64,000 nucleotides of DNA, taken from NCBI GenBank assembly GCA_964187785.1, contig OZ076414.1:38936001-39000000 (forward strand). Reading direction: 5' to 3'. The stretch is from Amphiscolops sp. MND2022. Its lineage: Eukaryota. Of the stretch, positions 45,736 through 59,000 are shown in pieces. The notes below the pieces were generated by a model. It saw only the letters and a list, made by a program, of their open reading frames with translations, was not told the origin of the DNA and searched no databases. Position numbers and translations under genes: made by a program. How positions within the stretch are numbered: the stretch's first letter is position 1; each line of letters opens with the position of its first letter.

Positions 45736-47334
45736 TGAGAGAGAGATGCATCAAAGATAGACTGGCAGCAATACATCAAAAGTATTTTTTGAAGTGTCAT
45801 ATACGATTCAAATGGTAAAACCCATCTTCGTGAAAAACGATATTTCAAGGATCAAAACATTTCTTGAAATCAAAAAATTCAAAGTGTGCTCCCTGAAAAT
45901 TTGGAAGCTTTTACGGGCTTCATTCTAGCATTTATGGAAACGATGAATCAAACGGTATCCCTTGAAGCACCATATTTGATCCAAGTGGTAAAACTCATCT
46001 CGAGAAAAAACGTTTCAAAGGAACAGAAGCGTTTTCAAAAAACGTAATAAAAAGTTCAAAGTGTGCTCCTTGAATAGTTGGGAGCTGATACGAGCTTTTA
46101 CCCAGCTTTTCGGGAAACGATGGATCAAGGAATGTCTTTTGAAGCATCATATACAATCCAAATGGCAAAACCCCAACGGTCAGAGCTCACGGACAGTAGA
46201 CCACCTGTATTTTTCCTCTAGATTACTACATAGCAAGTATTTCCCAATATCTAAAGTTTTACATTATCACGTATTATCCAATTTTTAGAGCTGTACGTTC
46301 TCTACCAATTATCTCCCGGTTAATGCAGAGAACAACATGGATGGTTTTGAATAATAAACTTTGCTATTTCCAAAAGTCTTGCGATCTCAACAACATGAGA
46401 CTGACAACATTTGTCAGTTAAAAAAGCAACTCTGAAGTGAGTCAGATTGAGTACGCAAAAACTCCGTTGAACAAGCTGAGGCACGTTCAACGCCTGTGCT
46501 AAACATTTACACATACTGTGTCGGTATCGCTTTTGAGCTTATCCAGCGTCGCGCTCTACAGAGTCTGTTTGCCTAATTCTTTTCAGATTGTTTGACTCAC
46601 TTTAAAAACAAATGCCGCTGAAAACACGCCTATTGAAGCTACTGTTTAGTGATTAATCACAAGTACAAAGGGCCGACGTCGCTTTCATGTTTACACAGCG
46701 TGTCGCTCTGTTTGTTCAATCTGGAATTTGTGACTACGGATATCTATATGCCACACTGGACACGCTTGTTGAAGCTACTGTTTAATGAATAACCTATAAA
46801 TACAAAGTGCCGGCGTCGCTTTCATGTTTACACAGCGTGTCGCTTTAATCAATATGGAATTGGCAACTACAGAGATCTATTGATCCAATATCAATCTTGC
46901 ATCCGGTCTGCTCGACCAAAACAAAAACAATCCATACTAAATTTGTTTACGATGAACTAGCGAATGGAATTGATTTGAATTTTGAGGTCTCGATGTTGTT
47001 TCAATCATTAGTATCTTGTTTCAAAACATTTATCAAATTTAGTGAATGAAAAAAGAATAGCAAGCCATTTCGGTGGTGTTAAAGTTTTGTGCCTGATGAA
47101 CATTGTTTTGTATGCAACAAGTTCTCTGTTGTGTCAAATGTCATTGAGCTTGAGTTTCAAGTATCTTGCCTGTTAATTTTTTTTCAGACATTTGTCTTGA
47201 GATCACCGGTAGCACAGCATAATCACCAGTCAAAATGTATCAGAAATCAGCCATGACTTTCAGCTCTCACATCCTCAAAAGATCTCGAGTTAGGAGATGC
47301 CCATATTGACCTGGCATCATCTGATAAACGACTT

Positions 47335-47616
47335 GTGGGCGTGACCACAAACACATATAAAAACAGCGGTCTTACATACATCAACATCAAGTTGTTCAAG
47401 AAAAAAGAGGATCAAGGTGACTTTCGCTTGCAACAGAGAGTGGGTCTCACTGTCAACGAGTTTCAGGAAATAATAGCGAATGTAGAAAACATTAGCATGG
47501 GCCCTCCGAATCCAGGTGGCACTACGGGGGAGAAGAAAATCAATAAGAGGATTGCTCAAAGCTATACGGAGGCTGCTGACGTCACGAAGCAAAAAACTGC
47601 AGATAAGAAGGAATGA
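47335..47616 (+). CDS. Small PC4-like ssDNA-binding protein candidate (mirror copy 56404-56700, minus strand)
   Basis: KRLVGVTTNTYKNSGLTYINIKLF...RVGLTVNEFQEI follows the PC4 beta-beta-beta-beta-alpha pattern. Judged by eye. Confidence 0.45.
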   Translation: MGVTTNTYKNSGLTYINIKLFKKKEDQGDFRLQQRVGLTVNEFQEIIANVENISMGPPNPGGTTGEKKINKRIAQSYTEAADVTKQKTADKKE

Positions 47617-48554
47617 AAAGTTGTACAATTCATTTCAAAAGTAATTACAGCATACAAGTTTTGTTATTGTTCCTAGTTTTAATCTGTTTTCATAACCATT
47701 AATTGTAGTAAGATACGTTTTTCGAATGTTTTTGTTTCTATTTCATTTTCCTTGTATCGGTACATCCCATCTTCTCGATCGTTTTTGTTTGATGAGAACT
47801 GTGCTATAATGCTTTCTTTTGTTTGCCCCAGATTGTGTCGTTTCTCCAATCTACCCTTTCTACCATTAGGTTTTTTATCATTTGTTTCCATTGCATACGC
47901 TCCTCTCCTCATTTACGTTCTATCCCATCTTATACTGTAACGTATCGATTTGAGTTCATTTCTGATGAAGTGTTGTTGTTCCCTTCCTGTGGTATCCTAT
48001 CTTTTTTGCAATTTTCACCTCATACGTTTAAATTAATTACTTGATTTATCTTTTTAATGTGCTTTATTCCATTTTCTCCTGTCGTTGTTTCAAATCTGTA
48101 CGTTAATGGAGTATTCAATATTTAGCTAATCCCCACTATTTCATTTGCTAGTGTCATGCTTTTGTTTAATCTCAAAGTCCAGTGAAGTAATTTATATTCG
48201 ATATAAACATTTTTTCACCTCGTTGGTTTTTGAATTAGTTTCATTCATCCCGAGTTTTGTTTTCGTTGTTGAGATAGTATTGGGTATTAAAAACACTTCG
48301 TGAAAAACTACCACAAAATTTTTCACACCTTTATATTTTATAGCAACATTGATGAAAAACATCCTTTTCCGAACAATTTGAGTAAAGGAATCTTTTCGGT
48401 GGCGTTTCTCAAGAATGTGCAAGCACCTTGAAACTCGAATTGTCTCATGCAACTGTAAAACCCGTGATCCAAGCAACTTTTTTTGTTTTTTGTATAGTCA
48501 ATGTGAAGTAATTGTATCAACTTTCGTTTACAGTTTTTTTGTAGACGAAAAATG

Positions 48555-49147
48555 GTGGAAGCAATGCATGAACAGCATCCGGACTTTTTCAAACAACATC
48601 GGAAAAATTTTCGGTACCCGGTGTTAGAAAAAGAACCAAGAATTGGGCTTGACATTCCCTCAGGATCAAATTACGCATTTGGAGTTCATTCTTTATCTGA
48701 TATGTGATCTATACCTCTGATTATCTGTGCGGCTTTGAGAAACAACCACACTACCATGTTCTTTTTGAGTGCGATTCCAGTAATAGAAAAGGTTACAATG
48801 TACCCTGCCTCTATTCAACTTTCTGTCTACTGTTGGTGGATTGTTCGAGTCTCGTTATGCAAGGTGAAATTATGAATCGTCTGCAGGTTGCAATGAAGTA
48901 CAACGTAAAAGAAAACAAAACCTTGCTAGCGCAGGGTCGACGCAAAGTTCCTGTTGTTCAAATCAGACGAGACAAAAGTGTTCAAACTGGTTTTTTGCCG
49001 ACTGCCACGTTTAGCCGATTTCAGCAGTTGATTCAAGGCCCATCAGCTGCAACTTTGTACAGAATCTTAGACATTCTCAATGACGGGTACGGAAGCATCA
49101 ACACTGCTAATTTGTATTTTTCGATTGACAATTCCAAAACTTTGTAA
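48555..49147 (+). pseudogene. HUH-endonuclease-like ORF, left-arm copy broken by a ~17-bp insertion near 48695
   Basis: EKQPHYHVLFEC and KYNVK motifs. Compared with the open mirror copy at 54893-55534. Confidence 0.4.
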
Positions 49148-49985
49148 AGCTTGCATAGTTTATGAGGAATACAATGTGGCATGAATATAATCTTCAAACC
49201 AGTATTTCCTTGTCAACTTCAGCCAGTGCTTGACAGCGAAAATTGTTTTTTAAGGATTAAAATCGAGCAGTCAGGTATAAATAAATTGGATCGTTGTGTA
49301 CTGACAGGTTTGCACTATCATTAAATCATCTGAACGCTGGTCACGCTTAGTAGTAAACTTTGTTTACATAATGAAATTGCGCCGTTAGATTCAAGCGAAT
49401 TGGATCATTGTGTAGTGGCATTTTAACGCTGTCATTAATTCATATGAATGTTGCGCATATTGTGACAGTGTGACGGAAGCTGTCAAAGCATGAAAAAGCA
49501 AGAGTATCAGATTCGCGACACTCGGAAACGAGAACTGGAATTTCATGCATGTAATTTAGTTCTGTACATGTACTGTCTAGCCAATGAGTCAGGTCAGATA
49601 TTGAGATATAGTACTCCAGGGTACAAGCGTGGTTTATTCAAGACTTTATACACAATGATTAAACTGCAACACATGCTTTGTTCGCCGTTGCAAAATTAAT
49701 TTTCTTTTCAACTCCGTCAAGCAACTCGTTCCAACCAGTTCTTTCAAGACTCAAAACTTCACGGTAGAGCAAAATCTTTGATAGAATGTGCCCACTCAAA
49801 CACATTATACTTTGGTTGTTCCCAAATCCAAAGGCGTTTAGTGTTAAGCAGAATTATTAACTCTCAAGCTCAGATATCAATCTAGAGGAGAAATAGAAAA
49901 CAACGAAAATGTATATTCGTTTTTGAGTTTTGATTTTTGGTGAACAATTGGGCACATTCTTCAACTTGTCAGCAATTGAGCTTGC

Positions 49986-50579
49986 ATGAAACTACCAATG
50001 CAGACTATCACTGGTGTGTCTGGTAACTCGCGGTTCACGTTTTATGAAACTTGGTTCAACAAAACAGTAGCAATAATTGAAGAAGAATGGTGGGAGGACG
50101 TCTGGTCGATAAAAAGCTCAGTTTCAATCCCAAAAGATTTGTTTATTCTGCTGCGAGAGGAATGTGTATCGGGAACTATTCCAAACAGCTTCAACCTAAC
50201 GGGCACTGTAGAAACGCCATTCACTACAACAATAGTTTATGATCGTTTCGAGCTGCCGTATGGTGTACGACAGCTTCTGTTTGACATTGACTGTCGAAAT
50301 ATACCCGTTTCAGAAAATGAGTTGGTTTGTATGATAGACTTTGAAAATTTAAAAAGTTACTGGGATATAAGAGGTACCCCTGAATCACCACAAGACGCTT
50401 CATGTTCTCTGTCGTCAAATATTGCCGACACAAACCAAGAGCAAATTGCTTGTGGCAGTCCAATCAAATCAGAAACTAGCCCAGTAAAGGAATGCCCGCC
50501 AGCGCCAAAGAAGAATAGAGTTGAAAAATTCAAAAGGACAGCATTGGAAATAGCAAAGCTTGATCTCGCAGACGTTTGA
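49986..50579 (+). CDS. Uncharacterised 197-aa protein, possibly with an N-terminal PC4-like fold (mirror copy 53465-54054 is frameshifted)
   Basis: ATG-initiated ORF conserved in both arms. RFTFYETW...VAIIEEEW...SVSIPKDLFILL pattern. Confidence 0.45.
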   Translation: MKLPMQTITGVSGNSRFTFYETWFNKTVAIIEEEWWEDVWSIKSSVSIPKDLFILLREECVSGTIPNSFNLTGTVETPFTTTIVYDRFELPYGVRQLLFDIDCRNIPVSENELVCMIDFENLKSYWDIRGTPESPQDASCSLSSNIADTNQEQIACGSPIKSETSPVKECPPAPKKNRVEKFKRTALEIAKLDLADV

Positions 50580-50947
50580 CAAACTTTCTTGATGTGATGT
50601 TTTATAACTTGTTTGTTTGTATCATCGTTCATATCATTGCTTCAACTTTGTCATTCAAGTCATTTTGTAATAAATTTTTCAGCCATTCTTTTCCAGTGCC
50701 TAGCTTGATCACCTCACAAGAGTAAACTTGTGCGGCTTTGAGCCCTTTGAATCGCTAAAGAAAATTGATATCAGAGTTTGTCTCAGCAATCAAACGCCGA
50801 GTGAGAGAAAATAACCAAACCTTGATGTGAATAACCCTTTACTTATATTTACTCTTCTAGGTGAAGCCATCTCTTTTCAGAAAACGGAAAATGATCAGAA
50901 AATTTTTTTGGAAAATTAACTTTCCAATGGTAATTTGAAGTCATCCC

Positions 50948-52116
50948 TTGTCTTTTTTTCAGAGTTTCTCCATGGAAAGCAACGCTTCAACTTCAAACTT
51001 GCCAGAGCAGCGAAACACTGAGGACCACATGGGTTTCAACCAAAATGAAGAGCCAATTGCCAGTTTCAACAAATTGCGAGACGAGGTTCTTTGCTTGAAA
51101 ATTCAAGTCTCTGAATTGCGAGATGAGTTGTGGTCACTAGCTAAAAAATTCCCCCTGCTCATTGTAAAAGTGTTCCAGTACATCCACTCAATGCAACTTA
51201 TTACTGCACGAATGCGAGAAGAGGTATCTGAACTGAGGAATGAGATGATTGAGATGAAAAGCGAAAACATTGTCTGTGAAACAATGAAAACCTCTGGCTC
51301 TACAAAAACTCTCGAGGTGGCGAGTAGAAGGATTGGAATAAAAGAAAGTAAACCTCAGCCTAAACTATTCAATGCAGCAAGAAGCAGTGGCGAAGTCAAG
51401 GAAAACGCAGCAAGCGGTAGCGAAATCAAGGGAAGCAGCTCGGTTAAACCTGTGGAAAGAGAAAGTCTGAACGAAGATGTCATAAAGCGTCAAAACGAAT
51501 TAATTGAAAGACACTCGAAAAAAAATGTTCCACTTGAACAATTTTCTCGCCATTTGCTCGAGCGTATAAAAAGTCTTGAATGTGGCCGTAATGGGTCAGT
51601 TGTTTGGAAACTCAGTGGCTTCAACCATATTTCCGAGGCGGCGAATAGAGCTGAAGTTAATTTCAAAAATTAAAAAGTGCCAACAGACTTTTGTAGTCCA
51701 ATAATTCTCACAGGTTCTCCCGGATATTCTTTGTATGTGAGACTATTTCCATTTGGATGCGAGGTGGCAGCTGGCAATCACGTTTCTGTTTTTGTTGCCC
51801 TAATTCCCGGAATGTATGATGCCATTCTCAAATGGCCATTCAAGTCTACAATCAAAATCAGCGTCATTAGTCAACATGATCCTGCTGATAGATGGACGCG
51901 ATCAATAGTCCCTAGTGAAAAAACTGGGAGCTGCTTCAAGCGTCCGTCTTCGTGTTAAGGAAACATGTCGGTTGGTATACTGCATTTCCTACCAGAGTAA
52001 GTTTGAATGAAATCGTGATCAATTTTTTTTCAAGCTTGTTACATGGATGCAGCAGAGATCATGGATACCTAAAGGAGGATGCAATGTTCATCGAAGTTAC
52101 ATTTTCAGCTGAATGA
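50948..52116 (+). pseudogene. TRAF-like gene (coiled coil plus MATH domain) with two in-frame stops and a short intron (51997-52034)
   Basis: GSVVWKLSGF, FCSP..TG.PGYSLYVRLFPFG...GNHVSVFVALIPG.YDAILKWPF, CFKRP. After splicing GTAAGT...TTCAAG the frame ends GYLKEDAMFIEV. Confidence 0.85.
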
Positions 52117-53094
52117 AGTATTTATTTTGTGAACAAAAATTTCAAGTTCGTTTTGTTTAATAATCTTGAAACAAATTTAAATATCAAACTGCAATTCCAA
52201 CCTAGTTTTCATGAGCTGCTATAGACGATAGGAATGCAAACGTTGACTGATGATACTCATTATACTCGATGATCAGAAAAGTTCCATCAGTGTATATCTT
52301 AAGTTTTTCCCGATTCAGGCTTCTTTAACCTCGATCGGTAACCTGTGAGCTATAATTTACAATATCAGTCGTTAGCGATACGTTATTAAAATGATAACAT
52401 CAGAGAGAGACCGTTTCAAACAAAACGGATATCACCTCGTTTTACCGGTGGAACTGGAAAATGGGTATCAAAATTAGTTCGGGTTCATATCGAAAGTACG
52501 AAAATAGATTGTCGTACCCAAACGTTTGAAAGAACTAGATTGAACATGGACCTTAAAAATTAGTTTTAAAATAGTCTGCTCTACTTCAGACAATGCCTGA
52601 TGGTGTACACACAAATTTATGTGATATTCTTCCGGACTCGACTGTGTGTTTTCGCAGACCCATATTGACGAATACTTGTACTAGACAATGCATAGCAATA
52701 ATAAAATTTGACAAGGAAGCGTTCGAGCACCTCAAGGCCTTCGCAGCTATTATCGTCAGTGAGCAAGAACTTAAATTGTGTGTCTTTAGTAAAACACACC
52801 TACAGTGTGAAGACGTGGGCTAAATTGAGGTAACGGTCGAACCTATTCTGGAGACAAGTTTCGGAGAAAGCTTATCAGTCTTTGTAGAATTGGTGGATCC
52901 AAACAAAAAGGAGTTCAAAGGTCCTTTCATCTTGTCAGTTTACTTGAAAGACGTCAGGAGCAAAGATGAAAAAAGTTTCAGGAGACAGATGGAAATTATT
53001 CTACCTGGCTACCGCGTCAAGCGAGCAATGAAACATTTAATTTTAGCAATCAATGCTACGTATTGGAGTTTGTATTCAACGACAAAAGTCTAAG

Positions 53095-56000
53095 AAGGGA
53101 TGACTTCAAATTACCATTGAAAAGTTAATTTTCCAAAAAAATTTTCTGATCATTTTCCCTTTTCTGAAAAGAGATGGCTTCACCTAGAAGAGTAAATATA
53201 AGTAAAGGGTTCTTCACATCAAGGTTTGGCTATTTTCTCTCACTCGGCGTTTGATTGCTGAGACAAACTCTGATATCAATTTTCTTTAGCGATTCAACGG
53301 GCTCAAAGCCGCACAATTTTACTCTTGTGAGGTGATCAAGCTAGGCACTGGAAAAGAATGGCTGAAAAATTTATTACAAAATGACTTGAATGACAAAGTT
53401 GAAGCAATGATATGAACGATGATACAAACAAACAAGTTATAAAACATCACATCAAGAAAGTTTGTCAAACGTCTGCGAGATCAAGCTTAGCTATTTCCAA
53501 TGCTGTCCTTTTGAATTTTTCAACTCTGTTCTTCTTTGGCGCTGGCGGACATTCCTTTACTGGGCTAGTTTCTGATTTGATTGGACTGCCACAAGCAATT
53601 TGCTCTTGGTTTGTGTCGGCAATATTTGACGACAGAGAACATGAAGCGTCTTGTGGTGATTCAGGGGTACCTCTTATATCCCAGTAACTTTTTAAATTTT
53701 CAAAGTCTATCATACAAACCAACTGATTTTCTGAAACGGGTATATTTCGACAGTCAATGTCAAACAGAAGCTGTCGTACACCATACGGCAGCTCGAAACG
53801 ATCATAAAGTATTGTTGTAGTGAATGGCGTTTCTACAGTGCCCGTTAGGTTGAAGCTGTTTGGATTAGTTCCCGATACACATTCCGCTCGCAGCAGAATA
53901 AACAAATCTTTTGGGATTGAAAGCCTTTCATCGACCAGACGTCCTCCCACCATTCTTCTTCAATTATTGCTATTGTTTTGTTGAACCAAGTTTCATAAAA
54001 TGTGAACCGCGAGTTACCAGACACACCAGTGATAGTCTGCATTGGTAGTTTCATGCAAGCTCAATTGCTGACAAGTTGAAGAATGTGCCCAATTGTTCAC
54101 CAAAAATCAAAACTCAAAAACGAATATACATTTTGGTTGTTTTCTATTTCTCCTCTAGATTGATATCTGAGCTTGAGAGTTAACAATTCTGCTTAACACT
54201 AAACGCCTTTGGATTTGGGAACAACCAAAGTATAATGTGTTTGAGTGGGCACATTCTATCAAAGATTTTGCTCTACCGTGAAGTTTTGAGTCTTGAAAGA
54301 ACTGGTTGGAACGAGTTGCTTGACGGAGTTGAAAAGAAAATTAATTTTGCAACGGCGAACAAAGCATGTGTTGCAGTTTAATCATTGTGTATAAAGTCTT
54401 GAATAAACCACGCTTGTACCCTGGAGTACTATATCTCAAAATCTGACCTGACTCATTGGCTAGACAGTACATGTACAGAACTAAATTACATGCATGAAAT
54501 TCCAGTTCTCGTTTCCGAGTGTCGCGAATCTGATACTCTTGCTTTTTCATGCTTTGACAGCTTCCGTCACACTGTCACAATATGCGCAACATTCATATGA
54601 ATTAATGACAGCGTTAAAATGCCACTACACAATGATCCAATTCGCTTGAATCTAACGGCGCAATTTCATTATGTAAACAAAGTTTACTACTAAGCGTGAC
54701 CAGCGTTCAGATGATTTATTGATAGTGCAAACCTGTCAGTACACAACGATCCAATTTATTTATACCTGACTGCTCGATTTTAATCCATAAAAAACAGTTT
54801 TCGCTGTCAAGCACTGGCTGACGTTGACAAGGAAATACTGGTTTGAAGATTATATTCATGCCACATTGTATTCCTCATAAACTATGTAAGATTTACAAAG
54901 TTTTGGAATTGTCAATCGAAAAATACAAATTAGCAGTGTCGATGCTTCCGTACCCGTCATTGAGAATGTCTAAGATTCTGTACAAAGTTGCAGCTGATGG
55001 GCCTTGAATCAACTGCTGAAATCGGCTAAACGTGGCAGTCGGCAAAAAACCAGTTTGAACACTTTTGTCTCGTCTGATTTGAACAACAGGAACTTTGCGT
55101 CGACCCTGCGCTAGCAAGGTTTTGTTTTCTTTTACGTTGTACTTCATTGCAACCTGCAGACGATTCATAATTTCACCTTGCATAACGAGACTCGAACAAT
55201 CCGCCAACAGTAGACAGAAAGGTGAATAGAGGCAGGGTACATTGTAACCTTTTCTATTACTGGAATCGCACTCAAAAAGAACATGGTAGTGTGGTTGTTT
55301 CTCAAAGCCGCACAGATAATCAGAGGTTAAAGAATGAACTCCAAATGCGTAATTTGATCCTGAGGGAATGTCAAGCCCAATTCTTGGTTCTTTTTCTAAC
55401 ACCAGGTACCGAAAATTTTTCCGATGTTGTTTGAAAAAGTCCGGATGCTGTTCATGCATTGCTTCCACCATTTTTCGTCTACAAAAAAAACTGTAAACGA
55501 AAGTTGATACAATTACTTCACATTGACTATACAAAAAAAGTTGCTTGGATCACGGGTTTTACAGTTGCATGAGACAATTCGAGTTTCAAGGTGCTTGCAC
55601 ATTCTTGAGAAACGCCACCGAAAAGATTCCTTTACTCAAATTGTTTGGAAAAGGATGTTTTTCATCAATGTTGCTATAAAATATAAAGGTGTGAAAAATT
55701 TTGTGGTAGTTTTTCACGAAGTGTTTTTAATACCCAATACTATCTCAACAACGAAAACAAAACTCGGGATGAATGAAAGTAATTCAAAAACCAACGAGGT
55801 GAAAAAATGTTTATATCGAATATTCATTACTTCACTGGACTTTGAGATTAAACAAAAGCATGACACTAGCAAATGAAATAGTGGGGATTAGCTAAATATT
55901 GAATACTCCATTAACGTACAGATTTGAAACAACGACTGGAGAAAATGGAATAAAGCACAATAAAAAGATAAATCAAGTAATTAATTCAAACGTATAAGAG

Positions 56001-59000
56001 GTGAAAATTGTAAAAAAAGATAGGATACCACAGGAAGGGAACAACAACACTTCATCAGAAATGAACTCAAATCGATACGTTACAGTATAAGATGGGATAG
56101 AACGTAAATGAGGAGAGGAGCGTATGCAATGGAAACAAATGATAAAAAACCTAATGGTAGAAAGGGTAGATTGGAGAAACGACACAATCTGGGGCAAACA
56201 AAAGAAAGCATTATAGCACAGTTCACATCAAACAAAAACGATCGAGAAGATGGGATGTACCGATACAAGGAAAATGAAATAGAAACAAAAACATTCGAAA
56301 AACCTATCTTACTACAATTAATGGTTATGAAAACAGATTAAAACTAGGAACAATAACAAAACTTGTATGCTGTAATTACTTTTGAAATGAATTGTACAAC
56401 TTTTCATTCCTTCTTATCTGCAGTTTTTTGCTTCGTGACGTCAGCAGCCTCCGTATAGCTTTGAGCAATCCTCTTATTGATTTTCTTCTCCCCCGTAGTG
56501 CCACCTGGGTTCGGAGGGTCCATGCTAATGTTTTCTACATTCGCTATTATTTCCTGAAACTCGTTGACAGTGAGACCCACTCTCTGTTGCAAGCGAAAGT
56601 CACCTTGATCCTCTTTTTTCTTGAACAACTTGATGTTGATGTATGTAAGACCACTGTTTTTATATGTTTGTGGTCACGCGGACAAGTCGTTTATCAGATG
56701 ATGCCACGTCAATATGGGCATCTCCAAACTCGAGATCTTTTGAGGATGTGAGAGAGCTGAAAGTCATGGCTGATTTCTGATACATTTTGACTGGTGATTA
56801 TGCTGTGCTACCGGTGATCTCAAGACAAATGTCTGAAAAAAAATTAACAGGCAAGATACTTGAAACTCAAGCTCAATGACATTTGACACAACAGAGAACT
56901 TGTTGCATACAAAACAATGTTCATCAGGCACAAAACTTTAACACCACCGAAATGGCTTGCTATTCTTTTTTCATTCACTAAATTTGATGAATGTTTTCGA
57001 ACAAGATACTAATGATTAAAACAAAATCGAGACCTCAAAATTAAAATCAATTCCATTCGCTAGTTCATCGTAAACAAATGTAGTATGGATTGTTTTTGTT
57101 TTGGTCGAGCAGACCGGATGCAAGATTGATATTGGATCAATAGATCTCTGTAGTTGCCAATTCCATATTGATTAAATAAAGCGACACGCTGTGTAAACAT
57201 GAAAGCGACGCCGGCACTTTGTATTTATAGGTTGTTCATTAAACAGTAGCTTCAACAAGCGTGTCCAGAGTGGCATATAGATATCCGTAGTCACAAATTC
57301 CAGATTGAACAAACAGAGCGACACGCTGTGTAAACATGAAAGCGTTGCCGGCCCTTTGTACTTGTGATTAATCACTAAACAGTAGCTTCAACAAGCGTGT
57401 CCAGAGTGGCATATAGGTATCCGTAGTCACAAATTCCAGATTGAACAAACAGAGCGACACGCTGTGTAAACATGGAAGCGACGTCGGCCCTTTGTACTTG
57501 TGATTAATCACTAAACAGTAGCTTCAATAGGCGTGTTTTCAGCGGCATTTGTTTTTAAAGTGAGTCAAACAAACTGAAAAGAATTAGGCAAACAGACTCT
57601 GTAGAGCGCGACGCTGGATAAGCTCAAAAGCGATACCGACACAGTATGTGTAAATGTTTAGCACAGGCGTTGAACGTGCCTCAGCTTGTTCAGTGGAGTT
57701 TTTGCGTACTCAATCTGACTCACTTCAGAATTGCTTTTTTAACTGACAAATGTTGTCAGTCTCATGTTGTTGAGATCGCAAGACTTTTGAAAATAGCAAA
57801 GTTTATTATTCAAAACCATCCATGTTGTTCTCTGCATTAACCGGGAGATAATTGGTAGAGAACGTACAGCTCTAAAAATTGGATAATACGTGATAATGTA
57901 AAGCTTTAGATATTAGGAAATACTTGCTATGTAGTAATCTAGAGGAAAAATACAGGTGGTCTACTGTCCGTGAGCTCTGACCGTTGGGGTTTTGCCATTT
58001 GGATTGTATATGATGCTTCAAAAGGCATTCCTTGATCCATCGTTTCCCGAAAAGCTGGGTAAAAGCTCGTATCAGCTCCCAACTATTCAAGGAGCACACT
58101 TTGAACTTTTTATTACGTTTTTTGAAAACGCTTCTGTTCCTTTGAAACGTTTTTTCTCGAGATGAGTTTTACCACTTGGATCAAATATGGTGCTTCAAGG
58201 GATACCGTTTGATTCATCGTTTCCATAAATGCTAGAATGAAGCCCGTAAAAGCTTCCAAATTTTCAGGGAGCACACTTTGAATTTTTTGATTTCAAGAAA
58301 TGTTTTGATCCTTGAAATATCGTTTTTCACGAAGATGGGTTTTACCACTTGAATCGTATATGACACTTCAAAAAATACTTTTGATGTATTGCTGCCAGTC
58401 TATCTTTGATGCATCTCTCTCTCAATATACAGAACCATACTATATGTCTAACATAGCCAAGATTCGATGAACACGGTCGTATAGGGCTGATATTCAATCT
58501 ATCTTCTATTATACAGGACTATCATATAGGTCTAAAGTCGCTAAGAATTGATGAACACGGTCGTATAGAACTGATATTCAATCTATCTTTCAATATACAG
58601 TACCATACTAGAGGTCTAAAATGGCTAATACTGGATAAACACGGTCGTATAGGACTTATATTTGATCTGTCTTTCAAAATACAGTATCATAGTATAGGTC
58701 TAATGTAGCCAAGACTCGATAAACACGGTCGTATAGCACTGATATCCAATCTATCTTTCAATATACAGGACTATAGTATAAGTCTGAAGTGGTTAAGATT
58801 CGATGAACTCGGTCGAAATGGAGTTATTTTTGATCTATTTTCATTATACAGGACCATACTATAGTTCTAAAACGGCTAAGACTGGATAAACACGGTCGTA
58901 TACGACTGATATCCAATCTATATTTCAATATACAGGACCATACAATATGTCTAATGTAGCTGAGACTCGATTAATCCGGTCGCATAGGACCGATTTTCAA

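Larger units (their letters stand above)
43928..50949 (+). repeat. Left arm (~7.0 kb) of the giant inverted repeat
   Basis: Mirror ORF pairs with 53095-60224 (coordinate sums 104160, 104020, 104044). Confidence 0.95.

Noticed and set aside
45740-46200. Coding repeat (E.SYTIQM.KP, three times)
   Set aside because: Periods of ~173 and ~177 bp do not keep one frame and stops intervene. It is a degenerate tandem repeat.
52200-53094. Additional genes in the palindrome spacer (ORFs 52593-52823 and 52890-53093)
   Set aside because: They may be fragments of a decayed gene, but no family could be recognised.
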